35,398 nucleotides of DNA, from the NCBI GenBank assembly GCA_051942205.1, contig JAVECO010000085.1:62001-97398 (forward strand). Reading direction: 5' to 3'. The translations under genes were made by a program, and so were the position numbers. This DNA comes from Coniocarpon cinnabarinum (Eukaryota). Below, piece by piece: positions 23,813-35,258 of this stretch (positions are counted from its first letter, which is position 1; each line of letters opens with the position of its first letter). The notes below the pieces were generated by a model, which saw only the letters and a list, made by a program, of their open reading frames with translations, was not told where the DNA came from and ran no database searches.

Positions 23813-24674
23813 GAATAGGCGTGGTTTTCTGGATCTTGGACAGATGGCGTTGAAGACTGCATTGGGGAATGCGCTTGTATTTGTATGTAGCAAAGTGTTT
23901 TGGCCACGTCATCAATGCTATCCCTGCTTAGAGGCGGTATCTGCGCGAGTGTTTGAGATCCCCTGGTACAGGGCCTGACGGACGGGTCCCAATGAGGTTC
24001 TGTTCAGCACTTCTCAGCGTCGTCTGGCGCGCTCTGAAACTCGAAAACGATGCAATTGAAGACGCCGCTGTAGAAGCTAAGCCAGGGTCGGGCGAATAAT
24101 TGGCCCGGTGCAGTACTGTCGACGTGGCGAGCACGTGGCAGCTGGGCCAAGTCACGTGCGGCGCTACACTATTCGAGAAACATTCTCCTTACTCTCCTTC
24201 GCGATCCACATCCAGAACTGCGAGGCTGCCGTCGTTCGCGTGAGCATGGACTGTCGCTCCACGCTGCCCCAACACAGCTCTCGACCGTCCTCATTGTCCA
24301 TCTCGCACTTGTGAATCTCACGTATCTAAGAATGTCATCTGAGCCATGGTGAGAGCAGCAATGCATCCATGTGGGCTTGCCTCTGCCGCAGATGGTTTGC
24401 ACCCGTCGCAGCGCCCGAGTGCCATTGTATGCGCCATATTTCCTCGGCAAGATCGTATCACACATATCAGATCCACTGCGAAGAGTAGAGCTGTGCTGCT
24501 GTTTCCCTTATTTACTGCTGCTTACCGTTCTCTCGAGCATTCATTTCGTTTCAATAATTCCTGTAATTTCCTCATCCTCCTCTATTGGTGCGGTCGTCGC
24601 GTGTCCCTTCTGTTATCTCGTCTTCCGGACTGGAGCCCATTGCATCCTGTAATTTTGCAGATCCGTCAGCCAAA

Positions 24675-26532
24675 ATGATTCGAAATTCGGTCCTCAGCTT
24701 TGGCGACAGCCTCTTTTCAGAGGACATTGCTGCTGCTCTGCCTCTGGACACATACACCAACAACCCCAGATACTCTCAGATCTCAAGACATTCTCACGTC
24801 TCAAGACATTCCCACATGTCTTCACGAAGAACTGTGCCCCATGCTCACACAGGTATGGCCCATAGCACATCGGCTGTGCAACGGTCCCGCTCGATTCACG
24901 GCTGACTTCATAGACTCATCGCTGTCCACGTTCTACAATGATTCTGACAATGATGAGGAAAAAACCATAGGCGGCGAGTCACCTTTTGATGGTTCCCAGG
25001 TCAAGGGCAAGCTGTACCCTTCGTACAGTCATGAGACTGTGCAAGTGCAGCGAAACAAGCTCAATTCAACGGGCAGCGGCCGCTTTCCCGTTCGTCCAAA
25101 CTCCGATCAAACACAGTCTGCGCGCACACCTACGCCGGTAGAGCCCGAAAAGGCTAGACTCAGCGGCGCCGACTCCATTGCTGAGGCGAAGCTTGAGAAA
25201 CAAGCGTCCCTTCCACCTCAAGGGCCTCCTTTGAAGCCGCTGGAGGGCAAAGATGCTTGGCTCTGCGTATTAGGAGGTTTCTTCTGTTTGTTCGTCTCCT
25301 TCGGTTGGGTCAACTGTGTCGGTAAGTCACCTGCTCTAAGCTGTCTATTGCGAAGCCTCTTTTTGATAGTATCGCTTTAATGTCTCTGAACGAGCAATGA
25401 CTGACTTCATGGTCCAGGTCTTTTCCAAGCCTTCTACGAGCAAACGTACCTCCGAAACTACCAAAGCGGCCAGATTGCCTGGATCACATCCTTGGAGATC
25501 TTTCTCATGTTTTTCTTGGGTATCTTCTTCGGCAAGCTCTTCGACTCTCACGGGCCCAGGTGGCTGCTCATAATAGGGACCTTCTTCCATGTCTTTGGAT
25601 TGATGATGGCTGCCCTCTCCACGAAATATTATCAGTTCGTCCTCTCACAAGGTATCTGCTCCTCCATAGGAGCATCTGCCATATTTTATGGTGCCGTGGG
25701 TGCCACTTCGGGGTGGTTCGTCAAACATCAAGCTCTTGCTGTCGGGCTGGTCGCCTCTGGTTCCTCTGTGGGCGGCATCGTCTTCCCGATCATGATCAAA
25801 GCCATCCTTCCGAAAATCGGCTTCCCTTGGTCGATGCGCTGCGCGGCGTTTCTCATCCTCGGACTGCTGGTCGTCGCCAACTTCACCGTCAAGACACGCG
25901 CGCCGCCGGCTCCAAAGGCCGGCTCGCCCAAGATACTACTTCTTCCCTTCAAGGATAAACTCTGGTGTGTCACCACGGCAGGTGCCTTTCTTTTCTCCTT
26001 CGGCATGTTCCCCGTCTACAATTTCCTCGTCTCCGAGGCTGTCAACTCCGGGATGAGCGAGACTCTTGCCATTTATTGCCTGGTTATCCTCAACGCTGCA
26101 GCGCTGCCTGGCCGTATCATTCCAAATGCCATTTCGGACCGGGTGGGCCGCTACAACACGATGGTTGTGTGCGCCGGTCTTTCCGCCATTGTGGTTTTCG
26201 CCATCTGGCTGCCTGGTCGCGACTCAAATGCCGGCATCATCGCTTTCTCTGCGGCTTTCGGCTTTGCCTCTGGCGCATACGTCGGCCTCGCACCGGCACT
26301 CATGCTGCAGATCAGCCAACCACAAGTGGTGGGACTGAAGATTGGCATGATGTATGCGATGGCGAGTTTTGCTGCGCTTCTGAGCTCGCCATTGGGGGGC
26401 AACATCTTGGACGAGTGGAATCAACGATACCAGGGCATCATGATATATTCTGGTTTCATGATGGTGGGAGGCATGATTTTCTTTGGCATTGCACGGGTAA
26501 TGCAGGTCGGGTTTGCAATCAAAAAGGTGTAA
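24675..26532 (+). CDS. MFS transporter, monocarboxylate-porter (MCT/Mch)-like, 3 exons (24675-24852, 24914-25321, 25418-26532), about 566 aa
   Basis: [58 protein letters not shown] and SDRVGRYN, with multiple hydrophobic segments. The introns are canonical and frame-consistent. The first exon is less certain than the rest. Confidence 0.9.
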
Positions 26533-27014
26533 AGTCGTTAATGATGCCTTTCAACACAACATGGGATTAGTTTGGAACGGGTCGTCAACGCTTACGATGA
26601 CATGAGATGGGCCAGGTGATGCAAATGCATCAAGACTCAAGTATTCCTGCAAGTTGCAATGACTTGCCTTGGTGAACTGCGACTTGGTCATTTGATTTGT
26701 GTTTTTCTTGCATCAGGAGTTGCAGCAATGACTTAAGAGCGCTGACCTTCTTGCCAACGTAAGGTATCATAAGGTATTACTCTCAGCGCTGCTCAAACGT
26801 GCATAGACTGAGTTAGGATCGGGCCCGATCTATTCTCGATTGGGCCAAGCGTTTTCAAGAAGCAAGTCCCGCCGCGCTCTGCCGCATCCCAGACCAATGT
26901 AGTGGAATCTGAAACACCGTGCTTTCTTTTCGCCATCATCGGGTGTCAGCTAAAACTTTAGATTCTTACCTGCCGTTGATAATGCTTTCCGGGAAGCCGA
27001 TCAACTTTCACTGG

Positions 27015-27824
27015 CCTGTATGAATCATGTTCATGTTCGAATTTATGCAAGTAATTCGAAGCTGCAAGCAAATATTACCGTGTTTTGTGTCGCGTCACGT
27101 CTGAACAGGCTCTCCTTTACAACTGGCAAGGGCGTCCTCTAAGTTGTGAGTTTCTGTCGCCGCCGGCTCGCAAATCAAATCAAGCACAGGTATTCCAAAC
27201 CTCTAATGTCAAAATCATCAAGCACCGCCCAAACCCGACGCGGTTCATTGTCTTTTTTTCTCTGCATGTAGGGAGGAAGAAAGGAAAAGCTCCAGGTTGA
27301 CGCCACTGAAAGCTCTGTTCGCAGGAATGCACATCTCCAGTATGACACGTCGACGGTCACGAAAGGGGTTATAGGTCAGATTCCGCCAAAATTAATCGAG
27401 GAGAAAGCAGTGCATGCCATTTCGCAGGTCGATTGCAAGCCAAATAGAGGATGTGACGCCGGAGCCTAGCTTGCCAACAACTTGACACCTATCTTCATAC
27501 CTCTCCACTGACGACAGGATGATAACGACTGCGCTGGTATAAGTAGCCGATGAAGCTTTGGACTTTAAGCAAGCATCTTCTCGCCTTGTTGCCAAGGATG
27601 CGTCTTGGCGGTTGCAGAGAATCCACGAGTCATGTCCAGTAGTTTCTCGTGCTGTAATTCGATATCAAGTCCTCTTCAATGCATTTGTCTGCTGGGAGGA
27701 GCTCGAAGTTTACGTAGTCCGAAATTGCCGCAGTCGACCGATTCCGGCGGACAGCGTTTGCGGACGGCGTTTGCGGAAACCGCGTCCACCTCGTCTCAGT
27801 AGTTTTCAAATGCACTGTTCGCAC
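27015..27824 (-). pseudogene. Decayed SRPK-like (CMGC) protein kinase fragment
   Basis: Collinear fragments in different frames: FELLPADKCIEEDLISNYSTRNY, EDRCQVVGKLGSGVTSSIWLAIDL (glycine-rich loop), VLDDFDIRG..LCLI, LPVVKESL and SNYLH...MIHT. They are interrupted by stops and frameshifts, and no intact catalytic loop or DFG motif was seen. Confidence 0.7.
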
Positions 27825-28298
27825 CCTGCCAGCTCAGAAAGCAAATGTGCCGTCGGGCAAGGGACATCTCTTTGTAAGCTCGAGGCAAATAACGGAACGT
27901 CGAGGCTTAACATGCGGCAGGGTAGCAGTCGGAATAGCAATTGCAAGCAATGGCATGTCAGGCCTGACGTCTATCTATCATCGAGCTGTGCAAAATAGAA
28001 TCGGCAGATACCCAAATGAGCCACGATTTTCGGCATTGTTTGTCGGGCTGGTGCATGCAACGAGTAGCACACAGCGGAAGAAACAGCTCGATGGATAAGA
28101 TACTGAATTATTTTATTCATCGTGGCACGTGTCCCTGAGGACTGGTCTAATATGCCGCCAACTCCGATGCTATGCTTTAGTTACATGGATGATGTTTCCC
28201 GTTTCAGGATTCAGACACTGTCAATCGAAATACCGCACCCCTGCCAACCAGGTCTTGTGATCCAAGCCTTACTTTCACCACTGCCATCTTCGAATGAA

Positions 28299-29365
28299 TC
28301 AGATTCGTGTCTGGTAGTTGCCCACGCCTGATGGAGAGGCAGGCTTCTCAACCGTGTCAATGTCGGAGTCTGAAACACGCTTGTCGGCTTCGAGAGCGCC
28401 GGCGGAACTGAAGCCTTTGTTGGTCTTGATGAAGAACATGGGTGGAGCACAGGTGAAGGCGATCACCACCAGAGTCATCAAGCCAGCGTCGAAGATGCAA
28501 AAGTAGGCCTCGTGCGACATGAGGTAGCCATCCCAGCCCTCTCCGAGCTCCACGGCACGGTAGTAGTTTCGGGCCAAGATGCAGGCGTCGATGAGAAGCG
28601 TGGATGCGAGGATGAGTTTCATTCGCATAGCGTCTGGGCCCAAGTTGGAGCCGGTGAGCCACTCAGCGCGGGCCGACCACATGGTGTAGAAGAGCAAAAG
28701 CGAGAAGAGACTCATGGACACGAGCTGAACCACGATGCCACCGATCATGGTGTGCGTGCCGGGCGCGGAGCTGGTTGGTGGGTCTGCGCTGCTGGCGGAC
28801 GAAGCGAGACCACCACCGGCACCCTGCACCGCGATGGAAATGAGATCGAACCCAATGAAGATCCAGAGATACAACTTGGCGGAGAGCAAGCTGTGCTGCC
28901 GACCCCACTTGCGAATGAGCTCAGCTTCAATGTAGTAGAGCGCTGCGCTGAAAAAGCAGGGAGCTGGTGACCGGCGTTAGCGTACTTCACCGCGGCAAAC
29001 GTGTGAAAAGACAATGAAAACTCACCGATGATCAGAATGGAAATCTGCATGGTAAAGGCGGTGTTGTTGTACGGGCACTTGTTGGAGTACAGGCGAGCAG
29101 CCCAACCCATCAACTCGCCCAACGCACCGATCCAAATTGAGGCGTACCACCACTTGCGGCTCATAATCATGAATCCAAATTGAATGAGCATGGCCAGCGC
29201 AAAGAAGACGACGAAGATGACGCCCGGAGCGATGTGTGGAATGTAATGATAGGGAGGGTCGACGAGCGGGTCGTAGGGCACACAGCCCATGCCCTGGTCA
29301 TTGTTGCTGAGTTCGTGGGCCGGAGGGCCCGAGTAACGAGCAACGAGCTGGTGGAGAGAAGCCAT
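28299..29365 (-). CDS. RTA1/RSB1-family (lipid-translocating exporter) multi-pass membrane protein, 2 exons (29365-29026, 28963-28299), about 334 aa
   Basis: YHYIPHIAPG, GALGELMGWAAR, MQISILIIAPCFFSAALY, FIGFDLISIAVQGAGGG, RNYYRAVELGEGWDGYL and HEAYFCIFDA are typical RTA1-family motifs. One canonical intron (GTGAGT...CTAAC...CAG). Confidence 0.92.
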
Positions 29366-31880
29366 GAGCGTGGATGTCGTCGAAGTGGTTGATGGCGAGG
29401 GGTGATGGATGAAGACTGGAGCGGTTGTCGGTGAGAAATGGAAGTAGCTGGCTATATGAGAAAAGCCCCGACAGTGAACGTGGAGTGGTGATGGCGGCAG
29501 GCACGGAGACGGAGCAATTGCAAGCGTCAGAAAGGCGTGAGACGGGATCCGCGAGAGGCGGTGTAGCGTCAGCACTTGACTCAGGGTGCTATATTAACCA
29601 ACACGAAACATGGACGAGAAGATGGGGAAGAAGATGGTTAGGACGAGGAGGCGGCAGTCTGTCTTTTTTGTAGGGCGCGCAACGAGTCGATTGTCGTCAC
29701 AGAGGAGATGCTGCGCGCACTGCATTGCGTCTGCCTACGCTTGAAATAACCCCAAAGGGCGTGTGGGAGGAGGAGCGATCAAAGAACAGATCACGGCCTC
29801 GCACTCTCCCTGGGGGCTTAGCAGATGTGAGATGGCTGCGAGCCAATGGGAGGCGGGCGTTGAAATCTGTTTCCGTGGGATGTTCCCTCTTCGGGCCTAG
29901 CGGATCGAGTGCGGCTGCTGCGCAGTTCGCAGTGGAATGCGGTGGCACATGTCACTGGTCGCCGGGCAGGGGCGCTCAGCCCTACGACGCCGGGATGCCG
30001 CCCGCGTGCAGCGACCGGCGCAATGCCTGTTGGCCTGTTGGCCTGTTCGCCCGGTCGGAGGGACTCTGACGGCTACACAGACCTGCCTGTTGTGGTAACC
30101 GGCGTCGGATCGTCCTGTCCACGCGGCGCCGCAGAAACTAAAAATTGCCGTATCGCGCGATACTAGCACCGGGTGGGTGAAGCTCGTCGACTACCAGTGC
30201 ATCGAAGAGGTTTAGGCAGCACCTTTTCCCAGGTCGCCTCTGCTGCTTGTGGTGCCCGGTGAAGGTTCGATCTAAAACATGGCCCTCCCTAGCAGGCATC
30301 TCCAATGGCCCATCTGCAGACCGCAATTTCACGTGGCCGGACGGAGTGGATGAGGTGGCAGCGTCGCCGTCCACGCAAACATTACCTTATGTATGCAAAG
30401 CCTCGTGAACGCGCCATGCTGTCGACCTGTCAACCTGTCCACCAGCGCTGCAGCTGAGATCCCAATTGGAGCAGCACACGGGCCCTCCCAAGGTACACAC
30501 GGAACCACGACCTTGGGGAATAGGTGGCCGGCATGCCTTTTGCTCACCTACCCACCGCCCTAAGCGAGCGCCCAGAGGTCGAGCAAGACCGTCCTTCTCT
30601 TCTTGTACTTCTCCTGCGCCTCCAGCTCGCATCGTGCTCCCCAGTCCCCAGTCCCCAGTCCCCAGCTCGTCGTTTGCTGCCACGCGGCCCCGTCTCTAAA
30701 CAAAGCTGCCTGCCGATTACGTGCTGCAGCGACAGCCTTTCTCGTCTCGTCTCGTCTCGGAAGCGTACGGCTGCGCCCTGCCCTCTTCTCAGTGCTCACT
30801 CGTCCCCTTGCTGCGCGAGCCATATGCTTGTCCTCGCTCCACCCTGGCGCCGCCCTCACCCGCGCACGTTAGATGGCAGCCCGTGAGAGTTCCCTGTTTC
30901 AGCCAATCTGCTCCGTACAAGGACAAGGACCAGCATCTGCATTCCACGGCATTTCCATTGACTCAACACATGCTCATTTGCAGCTGCACCACACCCTGAT
31001 TCATCCTCCGTAGCACTCGGCTGATTTCGCAGGCGTCTCGCTGCCCTTGCCACCGGTGCCGAGTCGTCATCGAGCTGCGAGGGCGTCATCTCGCGCATTG
31101 CTCGCTCGCTCGCTCGCAGCTGTGCTGGGCGTTGGCTGGCATTGGGCACGCCGCGGGCCCGGTCGGCACGTCTCGTGGAGGGCAATACCGCGAGGCCCCG
31201 CCTACAGCCATTACCATTGCAGCAACAGCAGGCTCCTTCTAGCGCCCGACTGCTGTGGGGCCGCCGAAGCGCAGGGCGGCTCGTTTGGGCGGTTGTCAGA
31301 TCACGGCGTGAGGGTGCAAAGGACGGAGTAGGCGGGTGGGATCGTCCCCAGGCGTGGTTGTCGTGTTTGTTATACGTGTGACGCCAGCACCAAATACGCC
31401 CCGGGCCATTTTACACATTTCTTCCCGGCCAGTGGACGTCACTCTGCCCCCGACTGCGCTGAGCCACGGAGCCACGGCCGGCCTGGATGCTCTCGTCAGC
31501 GCATCCATCTGCAGTGCGGCGTGCGCGCTCCAATGCGTGCAATCGAACTATATTCGCGAATCAGCCGACAGCAAAGGGCAAAGCGTCCGCCACGGCTTAG
31601 GAATCTGGGTGTGCGCCCTCGCTGCAAGGCCAGAGGCTACCACCTTTCTCCCCGTCGATCCTCCGAAGCGTCTGTGTCATTCAATGGGACCCTGCGGGCG
31701 TCTGTGCATCCGCGTGCGGGCCACGAGGCATATACATTCGACGGGCTTTTTCAATGACCGCTCTCGCTCTTTCTCTTCGGTTTTGCGTCTCTGAACCAAT
31801 CTACACATTTGGCCCTCCCAGCGCACACTCGTCCTGTCTGGCCCTCTTGCATCATCTCAGCACCGTTTGGCCCTTTCGTC
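29366..31880. promoter_or_regulatory. 2.5-kb divergent promoter region between the RTA1-like gene and the Zn2Cys6 factor
   Basis: The two genes are head to head. The region is GC-rich and appears non-coding, with short tandem repeats (CCCCAGT)n at about 30638-30665, (TCTCG)4 at 30740-30759 and (GCTC)4 at about 31100-31117. Confidence 0.55.
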
Positions 31881-33994
31881 ATGGTCGGAATACCAGGTAC
31901 CAGCAAAGGGTGCAACACCTGTCGCAGGCGCAAAGTTGGGGTAAGTACAGCCTAAAGAAACAAGTCTCTTTCCAAACCTCCACGTCATGCATGCCTTCGT
32001 CCGTAGTCTTAGTTGCTCCAAAACGGTGCACGAGTGACGCCAATGAGCAATGTCGGCGATTTTCAGCAGCAATATTCTCGTGTTATGTGGTGGCCACCTT
32101 ATCTCAGCTCCTTGCCCACCTAACACTGCCCACTCCAATCTCCTTCACCGCAGGCTATAGGCGTACTACAGCCTTTCAGACACTGACATCCTGGAATTAG
32201 TGCGATCAACAGAAGCCTCATTGCAATCGCTGCGTCCGCACCGGTCGGACCTGCGAAGGCTATGAGCGACCAGCAAATTTTCCACGTCGGTCAAGGAACC
32301 CGTCCTCCGACGGTACCAGCCACAAGAAGACCATCTCAACGCCGAAAAATGTTCCTCGCCCAGCGCTGCCAACACCTCGCTCGTCTTGGGCGGGCAGCAA
32401 TTCATCTGATATCTCATCCCATGATTCCAGTTTTACCCGGTCTTCGAACAGCAATCCATATGCCTCCCCAGAAGTGCCCGTCGTGGTGCCATTGGCCAAA
32501 TTATCCCCTATTCAGCCGCCGGCGGATTTTCCAGGCAACTCTGGTCTCACGGATCAACAACTATTACACACGTTCTTGAACATGTACTTTCCCAAAGACA
32601 TCGTCGCCCGTCATGACTCCAACTTTATGTGGTTACAGCAAGCAGCTTTTTTGCCCAATCAGGGCGAAGCACTCCGCTTATCTCTGCGCGCTTTGTCCCT
32701 CTCGAGAATTGGTTGGGCTAACAACGATGAAGCGCTGCGTGGCGAAGCTCGCTCCACGTATACCGCTGCGTTAGCCGCGCTGCAAAAGGCCCTCTGGAAC
32801 TCGGACCTTGCCAACCGCGATGAGACGCTTGCAGCAGGTCGTGTGGTCACGCTCTACGAAGTGTTCGAAGCAACGTCATTTCGTGGCTGGAACCTACATC
32901 AAATGGGACTCATGTCCCTATACCAAATGCGTGGTCCCGAATCTCTCAACACCCCACTCGGCAAGTCCCTTTTGGAATCGCTGCGGGCACCTGCTATGTT
33001 CCATGCGATGCAATTTCGAACGGTATCGTTCCTGACCTACCCTGAATGGCGAGCCACCCTCGAAGAGTCGACGGATCCACAACAACAGCTCTACGATATT
33101 GGATTGAGGATGGCAGCTTTCTTCCATGAGCAAGATACACGACAAAACGACTCTTCTGCCAAGTCGAGTCCCTTCAGTGCCGGTATTGACACCGGCCCTC
33201 TGTCTGCCTCCAGCACAGGCACCTTTTCCATGGGGATGGATGGCTTCAGTGTCTTCGACATGCCAGGCCTGGATCTCGAAGTTCTTCGCTCCGACCTGAA
33301 CCGGTGTGCCGGATTCAACACCGAGCTCGAGACCTTCTACACCCGCCTCGTCCGCAAATGTTCCCAAAGTGGAATGCCCCTGTACTGGGACTCCTCCGCG
33401 TCGACGCACACAGCATTTTCTGAAAAGGAAGCCCTAGCGTCGGCGCAAGGCAAGCATGCGCCTTTGCATTTCCCCAATCTCACGGTCGCCCAGTCCGTCA
33501 TGCACTATTGGTCGCTACAGTCGCTTCTCTCGAGCTCGATCGCCCGCCTTGCTACAGCCATCAAACGGGCCGAAGCGGACGCGGCAGCCTTCATGTTCTT
33601 TGATCCAACATTTACTGCCGAGCCAGACGCATTGCATGGGGACCCCACTGTGGCCATGAACCCCCCAGCGGCTGCAATTCAACACGACCTCGTCACGGAA
33701 CAGCTGTCAGCGCAGCACACGCTCGCTCGATCTCACCACTTGGGCGCTCAGATCGCTCGGGCAGTGCCGTATTGTTGTCAAGAGCAGATGGGCTTGTTGG
33801 GACCCCAGCGATGCATGTTTCCGATCCGAGTCGCTGTGATTGCACTCAAACAAGGTGGACCGCCAGAGGATCTGCAGTATGCTCAACGCATGCTGGAGGA
33901 GCTCAGCGCCGACAAAGGCCTCAGCTACGCGAAGCAGCTTGAAGAGCTGGGTGGGAAGTGGAAGGAGGTCGAGGCTGGAGAAGCCACATGCTGA
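31881..33994 (+). CDS. Zn(II)2Cys6 fungal transcription factor, 2 exons (31881-31940, 32201-33994), about 617 aa
   Basis: The spliced N-terminus MVGIPGTSKGCNTCRRRKVG|CDQQKPHCNRCVRTGRTCEGY has C-x2-C-x6-C-x6-C-x2-C-x6-C spacing. The intron 31941-32200 is GTAAGT...CTGAC...TAG. Exon 2 is open into ORF 32474..33994, which resembles a fungal-specific TF domain. Confidence 0.93.
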
Positions 33995-35000
33995 GGGCGT
34001 TTTTCATTGACTACCAATTACTTTAATCTGTACATGATGCATTCTGTTATGTTTACGACATCCGACATGACCACTGGGCACGGCGTGAGGGTGGCATTCT
34101 GAGTATACAATCGCCCGTATCAGCGACGGCACTGGGGATCAAGGGCGTAGACACGAAGCGCGTGTATTGGTAGCACTCTAGAGGCGGTGAAGACTGTTGT
34201 CCACCTGCATGTGTGAAAGGTTGCTCAGGTTCGGAATACAGATACCACAGCAGCGCTCCCCCCTGCAATCCTTCGAGTTCTAGATGCAGTGCATCCCTGT
34301 CCGCTACTTCTGCACAGCATGCACCATCATATTATAAGCTCACAGCCCCTTGCTGACCTTTCAAGCCTATTACAGCGCGTCTGACCTCATTCTGCTAAAA
34401 TCCTTGGGGATGGTGGGTGGGGGAGGGGGAGGAGGAGGAAGCCACAACACGCAGTACTAGCTATTCTATTTCCAAAATCCTTGCGACGCTTAGCTTGCCC
34501 CTGCTCTAGACCCTGTCATACGCATCCGTGTCATCTTCAGTCCCCCAGCTTCAACGCTGCAGGGTCCCTGCTGAGCTAAGCACTCAATAAATCCATATGT
34601 ATATTTAAGCGAGGCTATAGTCATGTCGACGAAAACTACCGCTTGCAGCATCCAGTCCGGCACTATGTCACGCGTTGAAAGCTCCACTCCATCAAACTCC
34701 GCCGGAAAGCCCCCCCGAGTCACGCCCGGACACCTCCCCTCCACCAGTCATGGCCTGCATCTCGCGCTCCGAAATCCGCTCCATGATTTTCGGATGTTCG
34801 TTCCAGAAAGTTACCGTGTAAGGACATGCGCCGTGGTCACGTCAACAGTGACCCACGCAACTCGCCTAATCACAGCAACTTCGCATTGCGGCTTGAATCG
34901 TTCATGGTGCTTCCAAATTTTCAAGAGATCGTGCATCTACAGCAGCCGCCTGACCGGATCTCGCACCCCATCTTTGACTTTAACACAGACGCCGCTCTAT

Positions 35001-35258
35001 CCGTTCCGCAGCTGCTAGTGATCTGCGGATTGTCAACTACGTGGCCACGTGGCTATCCGTCCCGTGTCTCTATTAATTGAGGGATGGTGGGCGGGGGAGG
35101 AGCAGGAGGAATTCACACTATTAGAAAGCCTAGGTAGAGAAGAGCTTCTCAGTCTATAGTCTACCGGAGTCCCTCAGCCGTCCGCAGTTCCTAGTGATCT
35201 GCGAATTGTCAACCACGTGGCCACGTGGGCTATCCGTCCCGCCGTCTCTAATAATTGA
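35001..35258. repeat. About 80-bp imperfect direct repeat (35001-35080 and 35177-35258) with a palindromic core
   Basis: Both copies read CCG(T)TCCGCAG...CTAGTGATCTGCG.ATTGTCAAC.ACGTGGCCACGTGG(G)CTATCCGTCCCG..TCTCTA.TAATTGA. A purine-rich segment GGATGGTGGG.GGGGGAGG..GAGGAGGAA also occurs twice (about 34408-34440 and 35081-35111). Confidence 0.85.

Noticed and set aside
34490..35080. Short ORFs at the right end (34490-34744 minus; 34623-35018 and 34826-35080 plus)
   Set aside because: No recognisable domain or consistent splice model. They could be a gene remnant but cannot be supported from the sequence alone.
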